Part shown: positions 38,455 to 52,350 of the stretch, one piece after another
Layout: each line of letters begins with the position of its first letter
Position numbering within the stretch: position 1 is the first letter of the stretch
Source: the human T2T-CHM13v2.0 reference genome, Homo sapiens
Length of the DNA: 64,000 bases
NCBI RefSeq assembly: GCF_009914755.1
Contig: NC_060939.1
Reading direction: 5' to 3' (one strand)
The notes under the pieces: generated by a model
Databases searched by the model: none
Told to the model about the DNA's origin: nothing
Seen by the model: only the letters and a program-made list of their open reading frames with translations
Program-made: the position numbers and the translations under genes

Positions 38455-40467
38455 GGTAGTGACCACACAAGGGGAAAGCAGCAGTGAAGACTGAGTGGAG
38501 GCAGCCATGAGAAGTGCAGTGATAGATCAGGAGAGTGGAGTTTGAAAGCAAGAGGTGGCCAGGGAAACCCCTGGGAATCCTCAGGAATATGTGGGATGGG
38601 GCCTGAGGAAGCTTATTTGGCCATCAGAAGAGAGGTGGACTATGAGAGTGTAGGGCCATCCAGGCAACACTGTCATTCCTGAATATGTACTCTGTTATCA
38701 AGGTCCTCTCCTCAGCAGGGAGGAGAAGGCTGTGGTGGGGCAGGCTCAGGCCAAGGATTTCAGCCAGGAGATCCAGTGGTGGAGGCGACAGACTTTGGGT
38801 AAGTCGCTTCCTCCCCATGGATCTTGGTGTCTTCAGAGTCCTGCTGGCTCCAATAGTCTAAGACCCTGGGCCTTCCTCACTGGTGGCACTCATCACTCAC
38901 ATGGCTTTTCAGTGTGTCCTGCCCACCTGGTGGCCACTCCTCAAGAATGAGCTCTGTTTCCATTCTCCTAGAGCCCACTCAGAGCCAGCAACTACCCTCT
39001 GACCTGCAGGACGTGTTTGTGCATATGTGTATGTGTGTGTGTATATCAGGGGGACAGAGAGAGAAACAGAGAGAGAGAGAGACAGAGAGAGACCAAGAGA
39101 GACACTATGGCCAGAAAGCTTTCCCAAGATGGTCCTTCTTTCAAAGTCTTCTTTAAAAATATCTTGCCCTAATACACTCAATTGGAAGCATTGCTCCGAA
39201 AATTCCCATCAAATGGGTCTCTGCTGCCATTTTGAGACACACACACACACACACACACTCTCTCACTCAGTCATGACTGACCTGCTTTCTGCTCCCCAAC
39301 ACCACAGGGGGCTCTGCCCTTTGCACCTACACCCCTTCTCTGACCTACAATGCCCTGACACCATTTAAGGCCACGTGCAACATAAACCCACACCTCCCAG
39401 GCTATCAAACAACCAATTTCCTGACTTGGGTTCACAGCGCAAGCCCTACTATGGCACTGAAGACACTCTACCACAATCAGACCCAAAGGCAGAAACTGTC
39501 ATCTCTTTAATGCTTCCCACCGAGCCTGACAACCGTCCACTCATCAAGCCCTTGCTGAGTACCTACTGTGTGCCAGGCCAAAAGAAGGAGTGATAAGCGA
39601 CACAGCCCGTCCTTATGGAGTTCCTGCCAGGCCTGTTGGGGTGACAGGCACACATGGAGCCTGCTCTCACATGGTGAGCTGAGTGTGGGAAAGCCATGGG
39701 AGCAGACAGCAGGGAGCACCCTCTGAGGCAGGGGTCCCCCAGGGTGAGGCGTTTGAGCTTGGTAGGATGTCACCAGGTAGGATGTGTGGGGATGAAAAGG
39801 GCATTCCAAACAGAAGCACCAGCATGTGCAAAGGCCAGGAGGCGGATAGTGCACTGGTGCCCACAGTGACTGAAGAGGTGGTGCTTGGGGAAAAGGATGA
39901 GGTCAGTGGTAGGTGATCTTCAGTGAGTGAGTAAGTGAATGAATGAATGACACTTGGACACTCTTGATCATGAAGCTAATAATCTGGTACTGGGGCTGGA
40001 CTCCTTCCCTGATCCCATACAGGAGTTCAGTTTAGATTTAGCAATCTGTGTTGGGCGAGGATTGATCCCAGAATGAACTGGGTGGGCCGGAGTGGGGACA
40101 TCCCTGAACTGAGCTCTGGTAGCCCTGTGGGAAGAGGCTACCAGAGTAGAGTGGAAAGACTGGCAAGCAGACAGGAGACCTGGGTTCCAGTCTCAGCTCT
40201 GCCACTTCCCAGCTGTGTGAGCTTGGGCAAGTGACTTGGGCTCTCTGAGTCTGGTTTCTCCTGTGAAATGCAGGTGACTGATCCTATCAGGATGGTTGTG
40301 GGGAATGAAAGTATGTCGTGAAGGTGCCTGTTATCAGGCTAGCAGAGATGTGTAGAATCTGGAATTTTTGTTGACCTTGAGGTTGCAAGTTGATATTACT
40401 CTTAGTTCAGGGCTTGGCTGCTGCGGAACAAGGTGAAATTGTTGGCTTTAGATCTTTGAACATTCCA

Positions 40468-41130
40468 GGCAGAGCTGGATTCGCAGGTGTGATGGGGCCC
40501 TATGCTCAGAAGGCTCTGCATTCGGGACTTTAAGCTCTTTTGTTGAAATTCTTAAGATAGTTTTCTCTTTGAATTGTGTTTAGTGAGTGGAATTTGATGG
40601 GACCATGAGCACACTGCAGGTTCTTGGAGCCTTGGTTCATGCATGTTCCTACCTCCCACTGCTTTTTCAGCTCCTTGGATGGGTCCTTGGCTGCTTATTC
40701 CCCACACTCTGGCATCCCAGACCCCAAGACCTCTGCTACCATCTGCTCAGGGAGCAACCGGTTGAGTCAGCTGAGGAGACTCACAGTCCACCATCACCCC
40801 CAACCCTCAGCAGATGCCTGGGCATAGGTGCAGGCTGGGGTCCAGTGTGCGCCCCATGGTGTCGCAGGGCAAGGCGACAGCCATCCCTGCTGCAGGCTGG
40901 CAGTGCCAGGGTGCATTACGTGGGTGACTCAGAAGGAGCTCCTTGCCCACCCCAGTCCAGCTACTGCGCACTTCCTGGCAGTCAGGGCAGGGGAGGCTAC
41001 AGGTTGAGGTTGGGTGCTGCCTGTCTGCCATGAGTCAAGTCAGGAGGCTGTGGGACAGGAGAATGACTTCCCTGGCCTGGGCCTTGCATTTTCACCTCAC
41101 ATCAGACCCTGCAAATTAGATACCCAGCTG
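40468..41130 (+). mobile_element. Zaphod/MER115-like hAT-Tip100 element (approximate)
   Basis: MER91-like ends ggccctatgctcagaagg and gggccttgcattttc...ccctgcaaatt, separated by about 600 bp. Confidence 0.5.
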
Positions 41131-41998
41131 ACTTCAGGAGTCTTTGTTTTCATTTTCCCCTCCTCAGTGCAAAATCTGTGGTCCTTGTATGATATGGCCA
41201 GATGGTTCTGAGCATGCTGGTGAGGTGATAAGGGGAAGAGATGATCAGATCATTCTGTGCCAGGGTTGATAGCTGGTGAGGGGCATCTAAGGGACTAAGA
41301 GCTAGTGCTTCCTAAGGTTTAATGTAAATGGAATCACCTGGGCTGTTAAACTGTAGATTCCAATTCAGAAGATCTGGGGTGGGGCCTGAGATTCTGCTCC
41401 AGGTGAAACCAATGCTGCTGCTTCATGGACCACACTTGGGGAAGCCAGGTGCAAAGAGGCTTAGTCTGGCAACAATGCCGCCTCCAGAATGCTGGCTGGT
41501 GGGCCGCTGCAGGAGCTTTCATCAAGATGGATGGAGGGAAGGGGCTGCCTTGGAGTTGAGCAGAAGCCCACACTCTAATGACCTACCAGTGACCCTGCGC
41601 TCTCCAGAGTCTTGGGCTAATAATGCAGAATGCTCAGTCAATACAGTGGCTGACACAGTAACTAGGAGCTTGCCCGTAGATAATCTCACTCAATCCTCAC
41701 GACCTGGTCAGGTGTTTATAGAAAGCCCTGTTTTACAGCTGCAGAAACTGAGGCACAGGCACATTGAGGGACTTGTTCCAGGTTGCAGTCAATAAGTGAC
41801 AGAGGTGAGATTTAAACCCAGTCTGACCACAGGACCTTCTCATTCTGCCAGTACCACCACGTCCTAAGTTTGGAGTCTGGAAGAACTGCATCTGGGAGCT
41901 GCTTTCCCTGCCTGTCATGTGGCTCCCCAATCCTGCAGGAGCCCAGGGTTTGAGATGTTGTGCCTAGGGCCTGGGCCCACCCCCCAGCCCGCAGTCAC

Positions 41999-42146
41999 CT
42001 CTGCCTTCAGCCGCTCGATCTCGATCTCCCCATCCTCGATCTGCTGCCGAAGCTGCTTGGCCACGGTCTTCTCTGTCTCCACGATCTGCAGCAGGTGCAG
42101 GTATTTCTGCATTAATGCCTCATGCTCTGTGGCGAGGGTCCTGTAG
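41999..42146 (-). CDS. RASGRF1: RASGRF1 exon 3 (148 nt), coiled coil: (S)YRTLATEHEALMQKYLHLLQIVETEKTVAKQLRQQIEDGEIEIERLKAE
   Basis: Acceptor tccacag|CTAC, donor GAG|gtgact, phase 2 to 0. Confidence 0.96.
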
Positions 42147-42729
42147 CTGTGGACAGATGGACATGGCAGGTAAGATGCTGACTCCTTGTCCTCTGGCGAA
42201 CCAAGCAGGGCACTGACCGGGAGAGGGGCTCACCCACCCACCTGCACTTAGCAGAAGGCCCTGACTCCCAGCACCCTGCAGAGTGAGAGGGCTTGGCAGG
42301 GTAGAGGTGGGGGCAGTCCAGGCAGGGAGAGAGCTGGAGCAAGGCGGGGCGGTGGGCCCGAGTGCGAGCCTGATCCAGAAAGCACATGTGTGTTCTTGTT
42401 CCCACCCACTTTTAAAGATAAATAACAGGGCTAGAAGAGAGAATCCTTTAGTTTATAATGCTATCCTATTAAAGTATAATAAGATTTTGTGCTTCTGTGA
42501 TGAAAATGAATATCAGGTTTTTAAGTTTTTCCAACTTCTCAAGAGACTTGTTTTTCCTTGTAAAGGAAATTCAGTTGAGAGCATGAAGGAGTCTGTTTTT
42601 GTACCACCACAACTCCCCTCACCCCATGGGTGTGAAAATTCAGCTGCTTCGTTAGTCTCTTCTTACTAATGGACCCCGTCAGAGTGCTGTAAAATAGGCG
42701 TCCGCCTCATCTGCAGGCTGCTCTGCTAA

Positions 42730-43155
42730 CCTCCCTCCCTCCTTCTGTCCCTCTTCCAACCCTCCCTCCATCCTCCTCTCCTTTCCTTTCCTCTCCTTCC
42801 TCCTTTCTTTTCCCTTCCCTATCCTTCCCTTCCCTTCCCTATCCTTCCCTTCCCTTTCCTTCCCTATCTTTCCCTTCCCTTCCCTATCCTTCCCTTCCCT
42901 TCCCTTCCCTTCCCTTCCCTATCCTTCCCTTCCCTTCCCTTCCCTATCCTTCCCTTCCCTTCCCTATCCTTCCCTTCCCTTCCCTATCCTTCCCTTCCCT
43001 TCCCTATCCTTCCCTTCCCTTCCCTATCCTTCCCTTCCTTTCCCTATCCTTCCCTTCCCAATCCTTCCCTTCCCTTCCCTTCCCTTCCCTTCCCTTCCCT
43101 TCCCTTCCCTTCCCTTCCCTATCCTCCCTTATCCTTCCCTATCCTTCTATCCCCC
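42730..43155. repeat. Polypyrimidine (CCCTT)n / (CCCTATCCTTCCCTTCCCTT)n tandem repeat
   Basis: Direct inspection; about 60-65 pentamers in the 42811-43130 core. Confidence 0.97.
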
Positions 43156-43652
43156 CTCGTGCAGGTGCAATCTTTACAGACTCACAGACTCTCAGAGTGA
43201 GAAGGGAACTTGGGGATCACAAAAGACCAATTATCTCATTTCACAAATGAAGAAACTGAGGTCCAAATCACAGTCCATGAGCGTCAAAGCTGGAGCTAGA
43301 GTCGGGCTCCAGCCCCTGACCATGCATTTGTGCCCCCTTTAGTGGTTTTGTCTTCTGGTTTGGTATACAGTTCTCTCCCCTGAAACGTACACTGTAAAAT
43401 GCACTTGATGTTGCATTTTATACCTTGCTGTATATAAACACACACCCCCCACAGAGGCATCCCATAATACCAGAATATTATACATACAGCGCGAGAGAAC
43501 ATTGTGTCTCTACATGATATTAATACACTCCAGTGCCTTTTTTCGTACATAGGAAGTATCTATTATGTATATGTAAATAAAAACTAAATTGGGAATATGT
43601 AAAAATACTTAATACTCAATATGGCTGTGGAAGACAGCCAGTGTCTCCACTG

Positions 43653-43654
<2 letters not shown>

Positions 43655-43704
<50 letters not shown>
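43655..43704. repeat. (AC)25 microsatellite
   Basis: Perfect dinucleotide run. Confidence 0.98.
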
Positions 43705-43706
<2 letters not shown>

Positions 43707-44589
43707 TGTCTGAGGTTCAGTGATGCTTACAGTTATAGTGTCCGCCTCTGGTCTTATGGCCAACTCCCTAGATAGTAGATAAGTGGTACAATGATAGCTC
43801 CTATTGTCCCAAGCACTGCTCAACAAGCCTCAGCTCAGCCAGGATGGCTGATGTTGATGTTGACTATTCTAAGGAAGGTGCCTCGATTTCCCTTTCTGCG
43901 ACCATCACTGTATCACTCCCCACCCCCCAGGTTGAATGGGAGACATTCCTGGGAGGCCAGTGGGCTGACCCAGACCCCAGGGCTTGACAAAGGAAGAAGG
44001 CAAACAATCAGCATGTCCCATCGTTCCACCATTGTCCCATTGACACGTGCTGCTGGCTTCCAAAAGGATGATGCATATGGAGAGGTTTTTGTTCACAGGT
44101 AGGTGGTATTGATCACCAGCTGCTCCTTTATTGAGGAGGAAGGCTTCTAGTTTGTGTTGAATCTGCATTACCTGGCAGTTGCAGAGCCCTAAGCTGGGAG
44201 CCAGGATCTGGGACTCCACCACCCCCGCTCAGGCACCCATGTCCTGTGTGACATTGGGTCACACGTCTGTCAAATGGGCTGAAGGGACCCCTCCCTGGGT
44301 TATCATAAGCACATGATGAACTGTGAGAGCTGGACAGACTGTAGAGCAGACAGACACCCTCAGATGCAGAACATTCTGTCAGGCTCTGGAGGCCCAGACA
44401 GGCTTGGCAACATTGATGTCAATTGGATTATTATTATTTTATTGGCTTCTTAGAGCCAGTCTTTAATTTAGTGAATTGCTTGAAAAATTATCCTGTCCAT
44501 GGTAGGCAGGAGAGGTGTGCATGGCCTGCCTGGCATGCACCGTTGCACAGTTGCCCTGCAGGGCTTCTTCTCCTGTCACCGGCTTGTGT

Positions 44590-45075
44590 CAATGTGGCTC
44601 AGTTGACCTTAAGGCAGGGAGATTGTCTTGGTGGTTGTGATCCAATTGAATGAGACTTTAAAAGCGGGGAGTTTTCTCTGCTGGTTGTAGAAGGGGCAGT
44701 GAGAAATCTGAGGCTGGAGAGTTACTAGCTTGAGGATGGAGGAGGCCATGTGGCAAGGAGTATGCAGCCTCTAGGAACTGCCCCCTCCTCCCCTTCTTAG
44801 CTGTCAGCAAGGAAACAGGGACTTCAGTCCCATGGCTACAAGGAACTAAATCCTGCCAACAACAAGAACGAGCCTGGAAGTGATGATTTCTCAGAGTCTT
44901 CAGAGAGGAGCTCAGCCCACTGACTCTTTAATTTTAGCCTGTGAGACCCTGGCAGAGAGAGACCTCAGCTAAGCCTGGACTTCTGACCCAAAGAACAGGG
45001 AGGTAAAATAATGGGTGTTGTTTCATGCTGCTGAGTTGGTGGTAACTTCTCATGCAGCAATAGAAAATTAGAACA
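44590..45075 (+). mobile_element. MaLR LTR (MLT1E-like)
   Basis: ttgaccttaagg...cagcaaggaaacagggacttcagtcc...caaggaactaaatcctgccaacaac...gcagcaatagaaaa. Confidence 0.8.
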
Positions 45076-45083
45076 CTATCTTT

Positions 45084-45086
<3 letters not shown>

Positions 45087-45129
<43 letters not shown>
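45087..45129. repeat. (AT)n microsatellite
   Basis: Perfect run of about 21 units. Confidence 0.97.
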
Positions 45130-45132
<3 letters not shown>

Positions 45133-45134
45133 CA

Positions 45135-45830
45135 TTTTTAAAATTTGAGGTTTAATGTACATATTGTAGAAAGCGTAGGTCTTAAGTGCAGTTTGATCAG
45201 TTTTGATAAACGCATGCACTCAAATCCAGATGATATTTCCATCACCCCAGGAAGTTCCCTTATGCCTCTTCCCTGTCAATCCCTACACCAGAAGCAACTA
45301 CTATTCTGATTTCTATCACCACAGGCTTATTTTGCCTATTTTAGAATTTCATGTAACTGGAACCAAATATCATGTACTATTTTGTGTCTGGCTCTTCACT
45401 CAGCAAATTGATTTTGAGATTCTTCCACCAGGTTGCATGCATTTGTAGCTGGTTCCTTTTACTGCTGAGCAGCATACCAAGGTGACTTTAGACATTTGCC
45501 TGTTGATGGACACGTTGGCTATTCTTAGTTTTGGACTATCATGCATAAAGCTGCTAAGGGATATCTGCATATGAGACTTCTTATGGACATCTTTTCATTT
45601 CTCTTGGATAAGCACTAAGAAGTGGAACTGCTGGGTCACAGAGCAGATGTATGTTTAACTTTTTAAGCAACTGCCTTGCAATTTTCCAAAGTGGTTGTGC
45701 CATTTTATCTTCCTGCCAGCACTAGATGAGTTACGTTTGTTCCACTCATCTTCAACATTCACTATTGTCTGTCTTAAGCATTTTAGCCACTCTACTCTAT
45801 AAGTATTGGTATTTCATTACCTTTATAAAC
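45135..45830 (-). mobile_element. Old L1M 3' fragment
   Basis: ttccatcaccccaggaagttccc...ttttgcctattttagaatttcatgt...ggaactgctgggtca...ttttccaaagtggttgtgccatttta. Confidence 0.8.
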
Positions 45831-46109
45831 TTTTTGTATTGATTGAGATTCTAAATCAATGTAGTCCTGGTTATCAGCACGTAAAAGTTAGAATTCTATA
45901 ATACTTCTACATTTACAAAGCCCCTTCACATAAATAATTTCATTTGCTACTCAAAATAACTGGCTCTTGGTTCTACTTTAGTGCTTAGGAGACTGAGGTC
46001 CAATCGCTCCCCCTGCATCTGGGTTCTTCCTCACTCAGTTTTATCCTCTACATCATGAGCAATTTTCAATTCAGATCATAGTTCTGATCATGCTACTCCC
46101 CTTGTATAA

Positions 46110-46540
<431 letters not shown>

Positions 46541-48116
46541 AACCTCATCTACTTTATGACACCCAAACTTTGCCTCTTCATTATTCTTGGAATTCTCTTT
46601 CCTGTATCAGCACCTTTATTTAAGGCTTTTTTTTGTTGTTGTCGTAGGGGGGTGGGTGGGGAGAAATGAGCATTTCAATGCTACCAATCTAACCCATTAA
46701 GTCTGACTCCCAATCCCCTTACTCAGGCCAAATCTTACCCTATTTCCAGCTTCCCCAGATTCTCCCATTTCCCTGCAGATGGAAGTAATGTCTCTCTCTC
46801 ATGTTGTTTTGTATTTAACTCAGCCTCTATACACCAGAGCTACCTGTGCATATGTCTAATGTCTACCTGATTAGACTGCGATATCCCTGGGGGAATACTT
46901 ATGTTGCATCCATCTGTCTCCCAGCACTGTGCACTGGGCCTGACTATTGGTTCATATGTGACAACCTGGTCTCTGTAGCTAGAATGGATACCCCTTGAGG
47001 AAAGAACTAGAGATGGCCTTATCTCAGGGCCAATGTCATTGCTATAGTCATAATAAGGGCTTCTGGTTAACTAGTCTGACCCAAGGCTCAAGGACGGGCC
47101 CTAGGATCCATCTATCAAACCATATGTCCATCATCCACACATACTTTTAACTTGTCCATGTATCATCCATGTATCCTGCATTAATTCACCATTTATCTTC
47201 CATATATAAACTCAACAACCAGCTTTGCATCCATCCTCCAACCACCCATCCATCCTTGCATTCCTCTAACCCATATTTACTGGGCACTCTGTCTATGCCT
47301 TTATCAGGCCTTGGTAATGCAAAGAATCACATCTGGTCGCTGCCCTCAGGAGCTTCCATTTTTTTAGGCAGGAGACACAGAAACACTATTATCCACTAAG
47401 GTAGAAAAATCCACTGCCCAGAAACGTAAGTCTGGGTGCTGCTGCCCCTAACCATGTTCAGCTCTGCCAGGCGATTGTCAGCTCTGGGACCACATCCTGG
47501 CTCACAAACCCATCATTTCCTTAGGACCCAAAAGGGACTCAGTTCAGCTTGGAGCCCCTGTTGTCTCTGTGGCACCTATTGTCCTTTGGCTTTCCCCTCT
47601 CCTGGCCCAGGGAGTCTCCCTACAGGGGGCACTTACTGCTGGAGCAGAGGGGAGGAGCAGGCCTAGAATCCCTGAGTGTCAAAGTTCAGAGAGGCTTAGA
47701 ATGTCAGCCTCTGGATGAGAAAACCAAGGTCCAGAGAGCAGAGAGGACTGGTCCATGGTAATGCAGCAAATGAGTGGCTGCATTTGGGTCAGAATGTTGG
47801 AGGCCTTAGGCTTCAGGAGCCACAAAATCCTTTAACCAAACCAAATCATACTTGGTTCTGCTAATATAAAAAAGGTAACTAGTGTGGGAGCAGGGTAGGA
47901 GCTGCAATACTCATGGCCTCTCATTCCCTGTGGCACTGAGAGGCTCATCCCAGAGGTGCAGGATGTAAGGGTGGACCCTGCCAAGAGATGCTTCTCCTCC
48001 TCCTTTCCCATGCCCTCCACTTCATGGGGCTTGGCTTTGTTCAAAGGCCCTTGGGTCTGGTCTTTTCTGCCTGGACTGTGGAGTAGGGGCTTCCTGCCCT
48101 GGGCAAGGAGACATAC

Positions 48117-48223
48117 CTGGCATGTGCAATGGCTGCCACCCATTCGTCACAATCTTTTGCGTCCTCTGTCCTCAGCTCCAAGGCTTTCTGGTTCTCATGG
48201 CTGAAGTTCACCGTGAAGTAATG
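48117..48223 (-). CDS. RASGRF1: RASGRF1 exon 2 (107 nt), C-terminal part of PH1: HYFTVNFSHENQKALELRTEDAKDCDEWVAAIAHA
   Basis: Acceptor tcttcttcttgatacag|CAT, donor AG|gtatgt, phase 0 to 2. Contains the PH C-terminal helix with its conserved W. Confidence 0.96.
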
Positions 48224-51200
48224 CTGTATCAAGAAGAAGACATCTCCAATTACCAGAGTGTCCATGGGACCAACAACGACTCTTGCAATCAATCTAGCTG
48301 TTTTGCAAAGTGCCTGCTGCCACATCAGCTAGGCACAGATTCCTTGTTTGTGATAATCAGAATGCCATTCTATTTAGCAGTTTCCAGTTCTCGATTAAAA
48401 GGGCTTTTGTATCGTGTAACAGAGCCTATGCTTAGGATATTGTAAGAAGGAAACAAAACACACAAAGCCCTGTTCAACAACAAATTGCAAAAAAGCCAGT
48501 TTGAAATCATCAGGCGCGCTGGAGGGAAGGCAGGGAAAGCACATCATTAGAACATCCTTTTGGGAACTGGGTACCAATTCAATGCAGCATGTATTTAACT
48601 CACTCCACAAAAATGGAATAAGTGCCCTTCTAGGTCCTGGGGTTAGAGCGATGAGTAAACAGACACGGTCCCTGTAAGAGCCCACTGGAAGCCACCTCTG
48701 TGTTGGGTGCAGGTGACTAACTTAGAACCATGCCAACCATGGGCCCTGCCCCTTAAGGACTCAGGGAAGCAGAAGAGCCAGACAATAGACACCCATCTGC
48801 AATACTGTTATATGAGTTAAATGCATGTAAAGCTCCTAGAAGAATGCTTGGCACCTAGTAAGCACTGTAATTGCTGTAATTAATGTGGTGTGATCACTAC
48901 TGTCATGGAGGTAAGAACAAAGGGCTGTGGGGGCACAGAGAAAGTCACCCACTGACTTATCCCAGGGAGATCAGGAGGGCTTCCCAGAGGATGGGACATT
49001 GGTTCAGTTTTATTTCAGCTGAATGGAAGAGCACGGGGGCAGCTTGGTGTCCAGAGCTCATAGCATATTTGGGAGGGGGAGGGGGCTGTACAGGGATGCC
49101 AGTGGGCAGGTGGGCAGGGACCTGGGGTGCAGCTGAGAGGAGGAGCCGTGGGAGGAGAGAGCAGCAGGGACAAAGCCCAGGTTTCAGGTTTGAGCAACTG
49201 GGCATGTTGGGAGAGTCATAGACTGGGCTGGGGCATTGGCAGGAGGAAGGGGCAGGGGGCTCTGAGGGGCCAGCTCCGCATGCAGAGGGATTCGTCGGAG
49301 AGAGAGGGCAGACAAACGAAGTGCTGGGGGCCCAGCCTGGGCCTGGGCCTGGTGAAACTGGGAGGAGAGAGGCAGGGGGTGAGGTACAAAGAGGGGCCCT
49401 TAGGTCTGCTGTTCAGAGGATGCACCACGGGCCAGCCATGGTGTGACACTGAGCCAGAGAGGGTGCCCGTCCCTCCATCCCTCGGTGTCCAGGTGGCAGG
49501 GAGCAGCAGCACAAGGTGCAGTGTGTAAACTAATTTTAGCTTCTGCTGACATTTATGTATTTTTGTTAATTGTCAGTCTAGGTGGCAGCCGGGTGTATGT
49601 GAAGTGGGGGGCGGGGGGAATGAGTATGGCAGGAGAGAGAGAGAGAGAGGAGAGAGAGAGTGAGTTGTTACAGAGTCAATGTCTGTCTCTTGTTTCCTAG
49701 GAAACAGATAACTGGGGCTATAGAATGAAATGTCAGCTACAGCCTCAAATAACTGAATCTGAAAGGCTCCAGTGGGCACCCTGCCCCCCTAGAGGAGGAA
49801 GCAGGTGACACATAGTGGCAGGCAGCTACCTAGCACTTTCCCCATCTCTCGAGAGATGATGAACACACAAATGCTTGTCTCCCATGATCTCATTATTTCC
49901 ACATTCACCAAGCAGAACAGGTATTCTCTGTGTTACAGCTGATGAACCTGAAGCTCAGAGAGGTTGAGCTGCTTGCCTAAGGCCAAACAGCGGGAAAGCA
50001 GAGAAGCTGGGATGACACACCTGCACTGGGCAACTGCCGCCTGCTCAGGCCCTGGGCTTGGCCCTGGGATGCAAAGACAAAAAGGCAAAGTCCCCACCTC
50101 AGGGAGCCTGTAGGTAGGTGAGACTCAGAGTCCCAAATCAGAAACAAGGCACTCAGCTACATACAGGCACAGTGGAGTTGCTGGGTCTCCTTAGAGCCCC
50201 AAGGGGAATGTCCCAGAGCTATAGGAGCCCATTGCTGGGACCACAGCAGGAGTGTTCTCCTTCCCTACTGGGTCACCAGGGGACTCAGAGCTGCATGGGG
50301 TGATGGGCTTGGCTGAGGCCTTTCACTCTTCACAGAGACTTCTTCCCAATCAGCCCTACTGGGTAGGGAAGCAGATGGCTCCCTGCTACCCATGTGTACT
50401 GGAATCCCCTACAGCCTCACCCCTGCTGGAAACCTAACTGTGAGGAAGGATGCCAGGAAGACCCTCCAGGCCTGAACCCAGTCATCAGAGACCTTGAGCT
50501 TCTGACAGGTTATGATGCCCAACTCTCCATCCTGCAGACCAGGCACGGGGTTCCTGGAGGCTTCAGGAAGCCGGCCGCAGGCTACCCAGAGGCTTTCCCC
50601 ACTCCCTTCCTGTCACTCCAATAGTTGCCAGTTCATCTGCCCGTCTACTCCATCTGTGTGGCCTCGCTCTGACCCCATCACTGCTGCCCTAGGTTAGGCC
50701 CCACGACCTTTCTCCTGGGCTACTGTCACAGTCTCCTAACAAGCATCCTGCATCTGCTGTCCTCCTGGGATAGGAGACACTGCCTAGACCCTGAGTGACT
50801 GACAGGCTTAGCGTTCAAGTGAAGTGGCCAGTTTATGGAGGGGTGGCCTTCGGGACAAGCGTGACCCAGAAGCTTCCCTGTGAGGCATAACAGCCAGGCT
50901 CCAGGGGCCAGGGCGAGCTCTGGGAGTATCCAGAGCCACTTCAGGCTCCCAGCCAGAAGAACTGCAGTCCAGGCAGCTGTGAGGGCCTCCACCTTAAGAA
51001 GAAGGGGAAACTGGAGGATCTACCACGCCTCAGGCATGGTACTAGGTTCTTTGCACACACCACCTGACTAGAGACACAACTGCCCTAGAAATTAAGTCTG
51101 TTATCCCCATTTAGAGGGCATGTGGAGGCAAGACACATTCATTTGTCCAAGGTCACTGGGCTAGAAGCAGCATCACTGAAGCCAGAACCCTGGGCTGCCT

Positions 51201-52168
51201 TTGCCCAGTGGTGCTTTTGCTGCTGCAGGAGGCCTGAGCTGGAATATAAGTGCCTCGAATGACTTGAGAGCAGTTTGTTCCCTTTGTGCTCGTAAACCTG
51301 CCCCCTGACATCTGTTTTATGCAACCACATTGCCCGACTGACTTGTAGAAATTGTTTGCTAAGGGAAAGTCAGCTTCCACCCAGAGTTTCTGAATCAGCA
51401 CAAATCTGGACTTTGGGTAGCAAGTAAATGAGACTTTGCTCTATGTAGGAATTGGTAGGGACAGAGATAGAGACAGAGACAGAGATAAGATAGAGATAGA
51501 TGGGTGGGGGGCAGGTGGGAGAGGGAGAAGCCTACAGAGACACAGAGACAGAGTATAATCCACTGGGAAAGACCAAAGCCCACGTCTAGAGAGAGAGGAT
51601 GAGCTCCAGGCTCCTGGAAGATGCTACAAAAAAGGGAGCTTAGAGAGGTGAAAGGGACTCAGTGAGAATGTCAGATTTCCAAACCTATGTGCAGGAAAAC
51701 CTAAAACACAACCAGTGGTGTGGGGAAAAAAAAGGGAAAGTGACTGATTTTGTGAGGCCCTGCTGTGTGCCTGTCACCCTGCAGGCACTGTCCCTGTGTT
51801 CCTGAGGGAGCCCAGCCACGGTGGAGGTAGGTGGCACGACCCCACTTCACAGAGGGGGCTGAGGCTTGGAGGTGGGTGTGAGGTGTCTCTGGGATGGCTG
51901 TCTAGGGTGACAGTGGCTTGGCTCTTAGCCCAGGGTCCTTCTGTTCACGCTGTTTGTTCTCTTCACTGTAATGGAGAAGAGTTAATAGGGGGCAAGTGGC
52001 TTTCTGGGTAGGGAAAGAGCACTGGAAAGGGGGTCTTATCTGGTGTCAGTTCTGCAGTTGAGACAGTGTGGCTTGGGGGCAACTAAGTCTCTTCCTCCTT
52101 GTCATCCTTAGCTTCCTCATCTATGAAATGGGGAGTTAAATGAGCTGGGCTCAAGGTCTTTTTGAGCC

Positions 52169-52350
52169 TATATATATATATATATACACACACACGTATA
52201 TTTATATGTATAAGTATATATATACATACATATATATACACATGCTTTTATATCGATGTATCATATATATATACATACATATATATTTATATATATGTGT
52301 ATATATACACACACACACACGCTTTTATATCTATCCATCTATCGATATAT
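52169..52350. repeat. TA/CA-rich low-complexity microsatellite
   Basis: Direct inspection. Confidence 0.93.
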
